Notes: generated by a model from the letters alone, not told the origin. 64,000 nucleotides of DNA from Raja brachyura (GCA_963514005.1 OY740798.1:24490001-24554000); one strand, 5' to 3'; shown: positions 13,493-26,344, counted from the first letter of the stretch. Translations and numbers: made by a program.

Positions 13493-13585
13493 CTTTAGAA
13501 TTGTGTTGGAAATATGCTGTGGTGCCATCTGCAAGAGTAACGGCTTGTAAACTCACGCCATCCATATTTTCCAATCGATCGCCAT
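13493..13585 (-). CDS. ZNF143: ZNF143 exon 3 ([31 protein letters not shown])
   Basis: 93 nt; phase 1/1; AG 13586-13587, GT 13491-13492. Confidence 0.96.
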
Positions 13586-14257
13586 CTGAATAAAAGGATT
13601 AATTTCTGTTCAAGATAGGTAAAGCACAAAACAAACAATACATGGAAATCGCTCTCCTCCACATTCCTTCCTCAGGCTTCACAATTCACAACTCTTCAAA
13701 CTGTCTGTCTCACACCTTCTGCTCCAATCTCAGGCCTTTGTTCAAACTATCTGCCCATCGAAAATAAACATTGCCTGTGCGCACCAATTGCCTGCCGTGG
13801 TCTGTACTGCCTCTCCTCTTTTCCAGATTTCCTCACTTCCCTCCTCTCTCTCTCTGAAAAAGAGTCCTGACCAGAAATGTCACCTGTCCATGTTGACCCG
13901 CTGGGTTTTGTGTCCTTTTGTGTAAACCAACATCTGCAGCTCCTTGTTTCTACATAGAAACCCAACATCATTGTTGCTACATCTATACACACACGAAACA
14001 GGGCTACTGAGAAAAGGCTATCGAAGGAAATGAGAAGCTGCATAATTTCAGTATTTCCCTATTAGTTCCACATACTATTCCTTAAATGAGCAGATCAAAA
14101 GCTTAAGCAAGTGCCACTTTTGCTAGAGTATGGGAATAACCTTGAACAACTAGTATGTCAAATTCATTCCCTTCACAGGGGCAATCTCATCATTTTCTCT
14201 GGAGCACGAGAATAGAATTAAGATGTTTGCCCAGTGGCAAACTGTAGCCGACCAATA

Positions 14258-15627
14258 CAGTGCATTCAGAAAGTATTCAGACCCTTTCACTTTTTCCACA
14301 TTTTGTTACATTACAGCCTTATTCTAAAATGGATTCAATTCTTTTTTTTTTATCATCAAACTACACACAATACCCCATAATAAAAAAGCAAAAACAGTTG
14401 TTTAGAAATTTTTGCAAAGTAATTAAAAATAAATAACTGAAATATTACATTTACATAAGTATTCAGACCCTTTACTCAGTACTTTGATGAGGCACCTTAG
14501 GCAGCGATTACAGCCTCAAGTCTTCTTGGGTATGATGATATAAGCTTGGCACATCTGTATTTGGGTAATTCTCCCATTCCTCTCTGCAGATCCTCCTCAA
14601 GCTCTGCCAGGTTGGATGGGGAGCATCGATGCACAGCTATTTTCAGGTCCCTCCAGAGATGTTCGATCGGTTTCAAGTCCACGCTCCAGGCTCATTCACA
14701 GACTTGTCACAAAGCCTTGAGGAGGTGTTTGGTGAACTCACTGTGGTGGATGTTAAATTTGTATTTATTGTGTGGTTTTGTTACTTTTAATATATGTATG
14801 ACTGCAGGCACAAAATTTCATTCATTCAATTCAAACTCCAAGCGGGCTGTCATGTGCCTTTTACTGAGGAGTGGCTTCCGTCCGGCCACTCTGCCATAAA
14901 GGCCTGATTGATGGAGTGCCGCAGATATAGTTGTCCTTCCAGAAGGTTCTCCCATCGCCACAGAGAAACTCCGGAGCTCTGTCAGAGTGACCATCGGGTT
15001 CTTGGTCAACTCCCTGACCAAGGCCCTTTTCCCCCCCGATTGCTCAGTTTGGCCAGGCGGCCAGCTCTATGAAGAGTCCTGGTGGTTCCAAAGTTCTTCC
15101 ATTCAAGAATGACGGAAGCCACTGTACTCTTCGGGACCTGCAATGCTGCAGAAATTGTTTTATACCCTTCCCCAGAACTGTGTCTTGTCACAATCCTGTC
15201 TCGGAGGTCTACGGACAATTCCTTCATTTTCAAGGCTTGGTTTTTGCTCTGACATGTCCTGTCAACTGTGGGACCTTATATGTGTGTGCCTTTCCAAACC
15301 ATGTCCAGTCAATTTAATTTACCACTGGAGGACTCCAATCAGGTTGTAGAAACATCTCTAGGATAATCAATGGAAACAGGATGAACCTAAGCTTAATTTT
15401 GAGTGTCATAGCAAAGGGTCTGAATACGTATGTAAATGTGATATTTCAGTTATTTCTTTTTAAATAGTTTGCAAAAATTTCTAAACACCTGTTTTTGCAT
15501 CTTCATTCTGGGGTATTGTGTATAGATTGATGATTAAAAAAATGAATTTAAACCATTTTAAAATAAGGCTGTAACGTAACACAATGTGGAAAAAGTGAAG
15601 AGGTCTGAATACTTTCTGAATGCACTG
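14258..15627 (-). mobile_element. Tc1-family (IR-DR type) transposon, defective, in ZNF143 intron 2
   Basis: TA-flanked TIRs CAGTGCATTCAGAAAGTATTCAGACC of about 210 bp with inner direct repeats. Transposase fragments KELSVDLRDRIV...GLYGRVAGRKPLL and DLKPIEHLWRDLK. Central region deleted and replaced by a retroelement tail (14718-14825). Confidence 0.94.
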
Positions 15628-16354
15628 TATGTAGCAAAATGCACTGAATCAAATAACTACGTTTAATTACATTTCAAACATAATTTAAGTTTAATTTGCT
15701 TTATGTTTTTTCTCTGTTAGGAACCCCATCATTATCAACTTTTATGTGATAAAGCACAAAAGAAAAACCTATGATACTACTGTTATCATTTACAGACTAG
15801 AATACATGCAGAATACTGCTATTGAAGCTTGCATCTATGCATGTACATGTTTAGGCAAGGATATGTTTTAAAGAACTCTGAATAGCAAATAATGTGGATC
15901 AGAGATTTTTTTACATTTTTAAGTAATAAAATGAGCATATGAAAAACTTGCCCAACTGATCATGATCCTGTTGTAATTTTGGTAACTATCTTTGCTATCT
16001 ACAATATCACTCACTTCTGTGTCTATTATTATTATTATTATTTATTATTGTTGTTTTCGCTCTCCTTCTTTCACCAATTCAATCAATGTTTATAGTATTG
16101 TCCACACAACTGGGAAACAATAAAAACAATGACATGCAATATATATAAAAGTACACAGCATTTAAGAAAATACACTGGACACAAGTCTTTTGTTTTAAAT
16201 TTGGCATGCAAATAAATGAGTAATGTAAATATGATAATAGGTAGATAGATAACAGGTTAACAGGTATTCCATATTGTATTGAAATATGAAAATTGTCTAA
16301 TTCTTCCTACAAATCATTAATGTAATTAACAAATCTCAATCTGTCAAAGCTGTC

Positions 16355-16628
16355 AATGGTTATGTGGAGAAGGCAGGGGAATAGGGTTAGGAGGGAGAGA
16401 TAGACAATAGATGCAGGAGTAGGTCATTCAGCCCTTCGAGCCAGCACTGCCATTCAATGTGATCATGGCTGATCATCCACAATCAGTACCTTGTTCATGC
16501 CTTCTCACCATATCCCCTGACTCCGCTATCTTTAAGAGCTCTATCTAGATCAGCCATGATTGAATGGCGGAGTAGACTTGAAAGGCCAAATGGCCTAATT
16601 CTGCTCCTATCACATATGACCTTATGAT
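16355..16628. mobile_element. CR1 3' UTR (+) with a nested CR1 tail in the opposite orientation (about 16404-16548)
   Basis: Both pieces match the other CR1 tails in this window. Confidence 0.8.
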
Positions 16629-16678
16629 CTGAAAATGTTCAAAACCTAAAACAGAAAAAGTAATTTATGGCAATTTAC

Positions 16679-16787
16679 CTGTTACTGCAACAGTTTCTGT
16701 GAGGCACAATGTGACGTGCTGACCATCGCCCACTCCCTGGAATTCTGCCATACTCTGAGCTTCTCTGTTTATTTGTGCCAATAACAT
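16679..16787 (-). CDS. ZNF143: ZNF143 exon 2, coding part with canonical start ([36 protein letters not shown])
   Basis: ATG at 16787-16785; exon begins at 16789 after tattttattAG; GT donor 16677-16678. Confidence 0.96.
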
Positions 16788-17204
16788 ATCTAATAAAATA
16801 ACACATTAATTATAATTTCAAGGACATTATCTATTAACAGGAAGACATCAGAATCCCATGGTAAATAATCAAATATAAATTGTATATTTCTATTCAAATT
16901 AAACTGAGATAGACATAGAATACCTTCCCAGCAAACTGGTTCCTAATAGAGAGTGGATACTACAATTCTGCACACGTCATCCTTGCCATCTCTGCCTAAC
17001 AGTATATGTTCAGTTGTTCAACATTCATTGCCGTATAAGTATACAACTTAATTCAACAATGCACATCAATACAGGAAATCACCAACTAATTCATAATACA
17101 TGCCTTCCAGTTCTGAATCATATTACTCCTCCTCATAGAGAGAATGCAGAAGGTATTTCAAACTGATGCCTAACTGTTCAATTATTAGTTGGATAAACTG
17201 CAAA

Positions 17205-17535
17205 ACACATTAATTAATTAAGATGTTTCATATTTGTTTCAGAATGCTTCAATATATAATAACTGAACATTTTAGTCAGTTCTTTTAATTTTTAAGAAAG
17301 TTATGGGCTTTTATGTCAATTGACTGTCCTCTGTCACAGCTTTTGTGTTACGTCAATGGAAAAACAATAGGAATGCAAAGATGCTAAATTCCGAGTATGA
17401 AAATGACTACAGCTTTTTTAATACTGAAGATATGAAAGTGAATCAGGTATCAAATTAAAGTTCTTTTTATGCTTTACCTGATGGGATAAATTGCAGGCTT
17501 GATTTTTAAAATCTCAAAATGTTGTAACATTCCTA
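17205..17535. mobile_element. Terminal fragment of the same TIR transposon family in ZNF143 intron 1
   Basis: Near-collinear with 43540-43841 (tttcatatttgtttcagaatgcttcaat ... ttgtaacatt[c/g]cta). Confidence 0.85.
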
Positions 17536-17892
17536 CTTCCACAAATACCTCCCTCCCCATACTCTCCCTCTTTCTCCATTAACCAGTGTGTTAACCAGTT
17601 CCACAGTTTGCAACGATTTATCCCCCTTGGGCTCACACTATTTCCAGCCAACAATTGGCCTATCGTGAAATATCCTTGCCTGAGGTCATCTGTTGCCGGC
17701 CCCGATTTGTCTTGGTTTTTCCTTCGCTTTCAGTTCCTCCCCACCCCCCCCCACCCCGCACTACCTGCCCCCCACCCACAAAAATCAGTCTGAAGAAGGG
17801 TCGCAACCCAAAACGTCACCTATCCATTTTCTCCAGAGATGCTGCCTGGCCCGCAAAGTTACTCCAGCATTTTGTATCTATAAGAGACATTA

Positions 17893-19025
17893 GAACATAG
17901 AAAATAGGTGCAGGAGGAGGCCATTCGGCCCTTCGGGCCAGCACCGCCATTCATTGTGATCATGGCTGATCGTCCCCAATCAATAACCCGTCCCTGCCTT
18001 CTCCCCATATCCCCTGCTTCCACTAGCCCCTAGAGCTCTATCTAACTCTCTCTTAAACCCATCCAGTGATTTGGCCTCCACTGCCCTCTGTGGCAGGGAA
18101 TTCCACAAATTCACAACTCTGGGTGAAAACATTTTTTCTCACCTCAGTTTTAAATGGCCTCCCCTTTACTCTAAGACTGTGGCCCCTGGTTCTGGACTCG
18201 CCCAACATTGGGAACATTCTTCCTGCATCTAGCTTGTCCAGTCCTTTTATAATTTTATACGTTTCTATAAGATGCCCCCTCATCCTTCTAAACTCCAGTG
18301 AATACAAGCCTAGTCTTTTCAATCTTTCCTCATATGACAGTCCCGCCATCCCAGGGATCAATCTTTGAACCTATGCTGCACTGCCTCAACCACAAGGATG
18401 TCCCTCCTCAAATTAGGAGACCAAAACTGTACGCAATACTCCAGATGTGGTCTTACCAGAGCTCTATACAACTGCAGAAGAACCTCTCTACTCCTATACT
18501 GAAATCCTCTTGTTATGAAGGCCAACATTCCATTAGCTTTCTTCACTGCCTGCTGTACCTGTAAGCCAACTTTCAGTGACCGGTGTACAAGGACACCCAG
18601 GTCTCGCTGTACCTCCCCCTTACCTAACCTAACCCCATTGAGATAATAATCTGCCCCCTTGTTTTTGCCACCAAAGTGGATAACCTCACATTTATCTATA
18701 TTATATTGCATCTGCCACGCATCTGCCCACTCACTCAACCTGTCCAGGTCACCCTGCAACCTCCTAACATCCTCTTCACAGTTCACACTGCCACCCTGCT
18801 TTGTGTCATCCACAAACTTGCTAGTGTTGCTCCTAATTCCCTCTTCCAAATCAGTAATATATATGGTAAACAGTTGCGGCACTCCACTCGCCACTGCCTG
18901 CCATTCTGAAAAGGACCCGTTCACTCCTACTCTTTGCTTCCTGTCTGTCAACCAATTTTCTATGCACGTCAACACCCTACCCCCAATACCATGTGCTCTA
19001 ATTTTAGTCACCAATCTCCCGTGCA
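17893..19025 (-). mobile_element. CR1 LINE 3' part
   Basis: ORFs 18358..19014 and 18053..18361 are CR1 RT C-terminal sequence. Confidence 0.94.
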
Positions 19026-19377
19026 GGACTAGTCAAGAAAAATGAACCATGTGTCATGTATAGATTGCTGGGTTCAAGTGAATTCATTGAGTACACTTAA
19101 GAGGAAAATCAGGAGGGCAAAATGGAGACATGTTAGCTTTGGCAGATGTTTAAAGAGAATTGAAAGATATTTTCCAAATATATTATGGGTAAAGCAGTAA
19201 TTATGGAGAGAATAGAAGCCTTTAAGATCAAAGTTATCGTTAAGATTTATCGTCTGTATTTACCATGGATACTAGGGAGCTTGGAGATGCTTGAAGAGGG
19301 TTGACATTACAGAGGGGGAGGTGCTGATAGTCTTACCACATCTAAAGATAGATACATTTCCATGACCTAAACACAAA

Positions 19378-19620
19378 GGGTGGCAGTGGCGTAGCTGGTA
19401 GAGTTGCTGTCTCACAGCACCAGAGACCCAGGTTTGATCCTGACCTCGGGTGTGTCTGTGCAGTTTGCACGTTCTCCCTGTAGCCAAAAAGGTTTCATCC
19501 GGTTTCTTCCAACATCCCACAAAGACGTGCAAGTTTGTAAGTTAATTGGCCTCTTTAAATTACTCCTAGTGTGTAGGGAATGGATGCAAAAGTGGGAAAT
19601 CATAGAACTATTGTGAATGA
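19378..19620 (+). mobile_element. V-SINE (HE1-like)
   Basis: gtggcgtagctggtagag...ggtttgatcctgacc head plus V-domain. Confidence 0.82.
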
Positions 19621-19654
19621 GTTTGGAGGTTGGGAGGAGGTGGTTTGGGTGAGA

Positions 19655-20355
19655 AGGTAGACAAAGGTGCTGGAGAAACTCAGCGGGGGCAGCAGCATCC
19701 ATGGAGCGAAGGAAATAGGCAACGTTTCGGGCCGAAACCCTTCTTCAGACTGATGTAGGGTGGGGGGAGAAAAAAGGAGCAAGGAAGAGGAGGAGCCAGA
19801 GGGCTGAGGGAGAGCTGAGAAGGGGAGGAGACAGCAAGGGCTATCGGAAATTGGAGGTCCATGTTCATGCCACTAGGGTGCAAACTGCCCAAGCGGAATA
19901 TGAGGTGCTATTCCTCCAATTTCCAGTGGTGCTCACTCTGGCCATGGAGGAGGCCCAGGGCAGAGAGGTCGGATTCGGAATGGGAGGGAGCGTTGAAGTG
20001 CTGAGCCACAGGGAGATCAGGTTGGTTAATGCAGAACGAGCGGAGGTGTTCGGCGAAACGATCGCCAAGCCTACGCTTAGTCTCACCGATGTAGAGCAGC
20101 TGACATCTAGAGCAGCGGATGCAATAGATGATGTTGGAGGAGGTGCAGGTGAACCTCTGTCGCACCTGGAACGACTGCTTGGGTCCTTGAATGGAGTCGA
20201 GGGGGGAGGTAGGGATGAGTGAGTAGGGATGAGTTAACCTGGGAGTTGCAGAGGGAACGGTATCTGCAAAAAGGGGTGGAGATGGGAAGATGTGGCTAAT
20301 GGTGGAATCCCGTTGGAGGTGGCGAAAATGTCGGAGGAGTATTTGCGATGGCTGA
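19655..20355 (-). mobile_element. Penelope-like element fragment (GIY-YIG endonuclease plus tail)
   Basis: CTSSNIIYCIRCSRCQLLYIGETKRRLGDRFAEHL; tail carries a hammerhead motif at 19721-19748. Confidence 0.9.
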
Positions 20356-21219
20356 TGTGCACCACATTCTGCAGAGAATGTTAAACGTGTCTTTGAGGGA
20401 AATGACCACAGAGGATTTGTAGACTTTCTGCCTACGCCCATTATTATTATTAGTGCTCCCCTAGGTAGTTTATGCCTGCACATTAGGTGTGATCATCTCG
20501 CTAAAATTCTTACCTACTTTGCTCTCAGCATCACAAATTATCCTGAATGTGATAAGATCCAGTTCCTTCATGCAATCAGTCGAACGCGACAGCTGTATGT
20601 ATGCACTTCCCAAATGTGTAGTCACCAGCATCACAAAGTTTTGTTGATCTCCTACCTTCTTCAGGAGGAGCATACCACTCCTGGAGCATACTAACTGCCA
20701 TCCCAATGGCACCAATTGACCAAAGAGGAAAGTTAACAATGCCTTACCTTATCTAACCGTCAACCTCTGCTTAACCTCCTCGGCAAAGCCTTTTGAGCTC
20801 CTCAGCTTTTATCCTCAAACACAGCACTCACCTCAGGCATCTATCAGTCTGAAGAAGGATTCCAACCCAAATCATTTATTCATGTTCTTTAGGGGTGGGG
20901 GACAGGGGGACGGGGGGGGGGGGGGGGAAGAGGCGAGTGGAGTTGAATCACCATTCAGCAGGAAGTCGCATCCTTCCTGTGGTGTCATACAGTATGTAGC
21001 AGTGAAGGATGAAATCCGACAGGGTTTTAGTGACAGGAGATGCGATAGCTAGGGTAGTTGACAGGATTCAATGGTTGCAAATGGACTCCTGGATGGGGTG
21101 TTGTTTTCCTGGTGCCAAGGTTGAGGTCAAACCAATGTTCACGCTGAATATTATTTTTTATTATAAGTTGTAATAACTGAAGATCCTGTATTAATCCTTT
21201 AGCACCCAACTTGTAACAG

Positions 21220-21502
21220 GACAGCACAGTGGCGCAGCAGTAGAGCTGCTGCCTCACAGCACCAGAGACCCGGGTTCGATCGTGACCTCGGGTGCTGTCT
21301 GTATAGACAGGCATGTCCTCTCTGTGTCTGTGTTGGTTTTCTCTGGGTGCTCCGGTTTCCTCCCACATTCCAAAAGACGTGCCGGTTTGTAGGTTAATTG
21401 GCTTCTGTAAACTGTGTGTGTAGGGTAGAACTAGTGCGAACAGGTGATCTCTGGTCAATGGGCCAAAGACCTTGTTTCCACGTTGATCCTCTAAACTAAA
21501 CC
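21220..21502 (+). mobile_element. V-SINE (HE1-like)
   Basis: A box tggcgcagcagtag, B box ggttcgatcg, V-domain, (ctaaa)n tail. Confidence 0.85.
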
Positions 21503-21755
21503 TAGAAAAGGCATATCTATTCATTTATGTCCAACTCTCTATACTTTAATTAATCCTCTGCCGACGTTAGTATGTTACCGCAACCTGTTTACCTTTTGGT
21601 TTATGTAACAAACTTTCACTTTTGCAATTTCAAGCACTTTTTATAAATCCAAATGTAGCACATTAACTGGATGACTAAACGAAATTTGTTATTTCAAATA
21701 AAATTTATGTCATAAACTATCGTGACATTGAACAAGCACAGTATGATTTTCTATT

Positions 21756-21850
21756 CCCTGAAGAAGGGTCTCGACCCGAAACGTCGCCTATCTCCTACGC
21801 TCCTTAGATGCTGCTTCACCCGCTGAGTTTCTCCAGCCTTTTGTGTAACC
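21756..21850 (+). mobile_element. 95-bp Penelope-tail mini-element
   Basis: 13-bp TSD ATGATTTTCTATT at 21743-21755 and 21851-21863. Confidence 0.88.
21758..21785 (+). ncRNA. Minimal type I hammerhead ribozyme motif
   Basis: CTGAAGA-a-GGGTC(tc)GACCC-GAAAC-GTC: CUGANGA core, stem II, GAAA, GUC cleavage triplet and palindromic ACGT stem III. Confidence 0.75.
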
Positions 21851-22362
21851 ATGATTTTCTATTAGCCTAGTACCTGCTTTTTAATGATATTTTCCAACAT
21901 TTTGCTGACAACTTTCCCAACTTTTTTGGCATGAATATGGTAGAGTCAGAATCCATTTTCTGGCATGGAAATATCAAATACTATAGAGCATAGCATTAGG
22001 GTGTGAGGGGCAACGTTTAAAAGAGATGAAAGGGCAAGCTTTCTTTGTTATACAGGTGGTGGCGGGTGCATGTAACACGAGGCAGATAAGATAGTGGCAT
22101 TTAAGAAACTTTCACAGAGAACAAGGATGTGTAGGGAATGGTGGGATATGGATTATGTGCAAGCAGTTAAGAGTTCAGTGAAGAGATTGGCGTGCAAAAT
22201 TAGAGCACATTCTATTGGGGGTAGGGTATTCACATGAATAGAGAACTGGTTGGCAGACATGAAGCAAAGAGTAGGAATTCAAGGGACCTTTTCAGAACGG
22301 CAGGCAGTGACTAGTGGGGTGACTCAAGGCTCGGTGCTGGGACCCCAGTTATTTACAATATA

Positions 22363-23969
22363 CAATGTGTGGGACAAAGGCCCATCATTTATTTATTTGC
22401 TCTATACTCCACAATTTGCGATTTGTTGTAGAAAAAAATCACATGGTTAAAGTGCACATTGTCAGATTTTATTGAAGGCCATTTTTACACATTTTGGTTT
22501 CACCATGTAGAAATTACAGCTGTGTTTATACATAGTCCCCCCATTTCAGGGCACCATAATGTTTGGGACACATGGCTTAGCAGGTGTTGTAATTGCTCAG
22601 GTGTGTTTAAATGCCTCCTTAATGCAGGTATAAGAGAGCTCTCAGCACCTGGTCTTTCCTCGAGTCTTTCCATCACCTTTGGAAACTTTTATTGCTGTTT
22701 ATCAACACGAGGACCAAAGCTGTGTCAATGAAAGTCAAAGAAACCATTATGAGACTGAGAAACAAGATTAAAACTGTTAGAGACATCAGCCAAACCTTAG
22801 GCTTACCAAAATCAACTGGTTGGAACATCATTAAGAAGAAAGAGAGCACTGGTGAGCTTACAAATCGCAAAGGGACTGGCAGGCTAAGGAAGACCTCCAC
22901 AGCTGATGACAGAAGAATTCTCTCTGCAATAAGAAAAATCCCAAAACATCTGGCCAACAGATCAGAAACACTCTTCAGAGGTCAGGTGTGGATTTGTCAA
23001 TGACCACTATCCGCAGAAGACTACATGAACAGATATACAAAGGCTACACTGCAAGATGCAAACCACTGGTTAGCCGCAAAAATAGGATGGCCAGGTTACA
23101 GTTTGCCAAGAAGTACTTAAAAGAGCAACCACAGTTCTGGAAAAAGGTCTTGTGGACAGATGAGACGAAGATTAACTTATATCGGGGTGATGGCAAGAGC
23201 AAAGTATGGAGGAGAGAAGGAAGTGCCCAAGATCCAAAGCATTCCACCTGATCTGTGAAACAAAGTGGTGGGGGGTGTTATGGCCTGGGCATGTATGGCT
23301 GCTGAAGGTTGATGATACAACTGTTGATGGTAGCACCATAATGAATTCTGAAGTGTATAGACACATCCTATCTGCTCAAGTTCAAACAAATGCCTCAAAA
23401 CTCATTGGTCGACGGTACATTCTACAGCAAGACAATGATCCCAAACATACTGCTAAAGCAATAAAGTAGTTTTTCAAAGCTAAAAAATGGTCAATTCTTG
23501 AGTGGCCAAGTCAATCACCCAATCTGAACCCAATTGAGCATGTCTTTTATATGCTGAAGAGAAAACTGAAGGGGACTGTCCCTCAAAACAAGCATAAGCT
23601 AAAGATGGCTGCAATACAGGTCTGGCAGAGCATCACCAGAGAAGACACCCAACCAACTGGTGATGTCCATGAATTGCAGACTTCATGCAGTCATTGCAGG
23701 AGATGCAGCAAAATACTAAACATGACTAATTTCATTTACGTGACATTGCTGTGTCCCAAACATTATGGTGCCCTGAAATGGGGGGACTATGTATAAACAG
23801 TGCTGTAATTTCTACATGGTGAAACCAAAATGTATAGAAATGGCCTTTATTACAATCTGACAATGTGCACATTAACCACATGTGATTTTTTTCTATTGCA
23901 AATCTCAAATTGTGGAGTACAGAGGCAAACAAATATATGATGGGTCTTTGTCCTAAATATTATGGAGGG
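22363..23969 (+). mobile_element. Second Tc1-family transposon, defective, nearly full length
   Basis: Long TIRs with inner repeats (cataatgtttgggaca); transposase fragments ...VLWTDETKI, QQDNDPKH, WPSQSPNLNPIEH; flanked by CR1 sequence. Confidence 0.93.
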
Positions 23970-23971
23970 CC

Positions 23972-25335
23972 CTTGAGAGAATGGAGCGGCTGGGCTTGTA
24001 TACTCTGGAGTTTAGAAGGATGAGAGGGGATCTTAATTTAAACATATAATATTATTAATGATTTTGACACACTAGAGGCAGGAAGCATGTTCCCGATGTT
24101 GGGGGAGTCCAGAACCAGGGGCCACTGTTTAAGAATAAAGGGTAAGCCATTTAGAACGGAGATGAGGAAACACTTTTTCACAGAGTTGTGAGTCTGTGGA
24201 ATTCTCTGCCTCAGAGGGCGACGGAGCTCGGTTCTCTGTATACTTTCAAGAGAGAGCTAGCTAGAGCTCTTGAAGATAGCAGAGTCAGGGGACATGGGGA
24301 GAAGACAGGAACGGGTACTGATTGGGAATGATCAGCCATGATCACATTGAATGGTGGTGTTGGGTCAAAGGGCCGAATGGCCTCCTCCTGCACCTATTGT
24401 CACTTATTAACGATTTAGACGAGGGAATTAACTGTAACATCTTCAAGTTTGTAGATGACACAAAGCTGGGTGGCAGTGTGAGCTGTGATGATGCTATGAG
24501 GCTGCAGGGTGACTTGGATAGGTTGGGTGAGTGGGCAGATGCAGTATAATGTGGATAAATGTGAGGTTATCCACTTTGGTGGCATGAACAGGAAGGCAGA
24601 TTATTATCTGAATGGTGCCAGATTAGGAAAAGGGGAGGTGCAACGAGACCTGGGTGTGCTTGTACATCTGTCACTGAAAGTAAGCATGCAGGTACAGCAG
24701 GCAGTGAAGAAAGCCTTCATTGCGAGAGTATTTGAGTTTAGGAGCAAGGAGGTCTTACTGCAGTTGTACAGGGCCCAGGTGAGACCGCACCTGGAGTATT
24801 GTGTGCAATTTTGGACTCCTAATCTGCAGAAGAACATTATTGCTATTGAGGGAGTGCAGTGTAGGTTCACCAGGTTAATTCCCAGAATGGCGGGACTGAC
24901 ATATGATGAAAGAATGGGTCAACTGGGCTTGTATTCACTGGAATTTAGAGGATGAGAAGGGGTCTTACAGAAACATATAAAATTCTTAAAGGATTGGACA
25001 GGCTAAATGCAGGAATAATAATCCCAATGTTGGGGAGTCCAGAACCAGGGGTCACAGTTTAAGAATAAGGGGTAGGCCATTTGGGACTGAGATGAGGAAA
25101 AACATTTTCACCCAGAGTTGTGAATCTGAATTTCTCTGCCACAGAAGGCAGTGGAGGCCAATTCACTCGATGTTTTCAAGAGTGTTAGATTTAGCTCTTC
25201 CGGCTGAAGAAATCAAAGGATATGGGGGAAAAGCAGGAACGGGGTACTGGTTTTGGATGATCAGCCATGATCATATTGAATTCAGGTGCTGGCTCGAATG
25301 GTTGAATGGCCGACACCTGCACCTATTTTTCTACG
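23972..25335 (+). mobile_element. Two head-to-tail CR1 3' fragments (junction near 24400)
   Basis: Each ends in the CR1 3' UTR; ORFs 24322..24549 and 24509..24955. Confidence 0.9.
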
Positions 25336-25812
25336 TCTTTTCTGTTTCTAATGTGGGCCGAAAGGCCTGTTCCGGTGCCGTACTGTTCTTTGTCCAAATC
25401 CACCAGTGTCAAGCACTATCTATTCCACGTAGTGGTCTACTAATCCATCAGAGGACACGCAGGAGTGGAAGAAAGTCAGCCTCAACCCAAGTAATTACCT
25501 AAAAAATATTAATGGAGATACATATTGTCTCCCTTCGGACCAGATCATCTGAAGGGACAACAGCACTAATGGGAATACAGGTCACTTTTATATTCTTTCC
25601 TATTTTGATTACCTGGATACTGCTGCTCTATCCATGCTTATGGGATGGCAATCATCAAAATAATTGTGTCCGTTCAACGTATCCGTGTTTCAGTTCATTT
25701 AGGATTTTCAGTATATTTCCCTTTAATATGTGCTTTGAGGGTGGCATTGACATGGAAGCTGACTTTGTGATATTACTCAAAACTAGTAGCATTCTTGAAG
25801 AAGACCCTAACT

Positions 25813-26344
25813 CAGGGGTCGGCAACCTACGGCCCCCAAGCCGAAATCATCCGGCCCGTGGACTTCCGTCATCTCCGGTACCTCCCGGGCCCGAGGCCGC
25901 GGTGACGCAATGGCGGAGCCGCCAAGCTCTGGCTGTACCGTATCTTGCGCAAAGCCGCAGGAACGGCCGCGCACCTTCTGTGTCTGGGCTTCACTGTCAG
26001 GATCGGGGTTATAAATAGGCCGGGGCCGAGTAAGTATGAGTATTTGAGCCACCGCCTTCAGAACAGAGCCAAGGAAACGGTCCGTAGATGCGCCATGTCC
26101 GTGAGCGCCCGTAACCAAAGATCCTATAGCGAGTAACTAGGGGCCGGCGCTCCGGGTCAGAGATAGCCTGCTATCGGATCTTTGCTCCGGGTGGCGTCCT
26201 CTAACGGGCCGGATCTATGTGAGCACGTGATTAGATGCCTGCCATCCGGGTCGGGATCCATGTGTACACATGATAAATGTGGCCCGCCATCCGCTCACAG
26301 ACATGCGTCCTGGCCCCTATGTAGAACAAGGTTGCCGACCCCTG
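25813..26344. mobile_element. hAT-superfamily MITE
   Basis: Perfect 16-bp TIR CAGGGGTCGGCAACCT; 8-bp TSD CCCTAACT at 25805-25812 and 26345-26352; subterminal ggcccg motifs. Confidence 0.93.

Noticed and set aside
21220-21295. tRNA gene
   Set aside because: The A/B boxes belong to a SINE head that continues into the V-domain; no complete cloverleaf.
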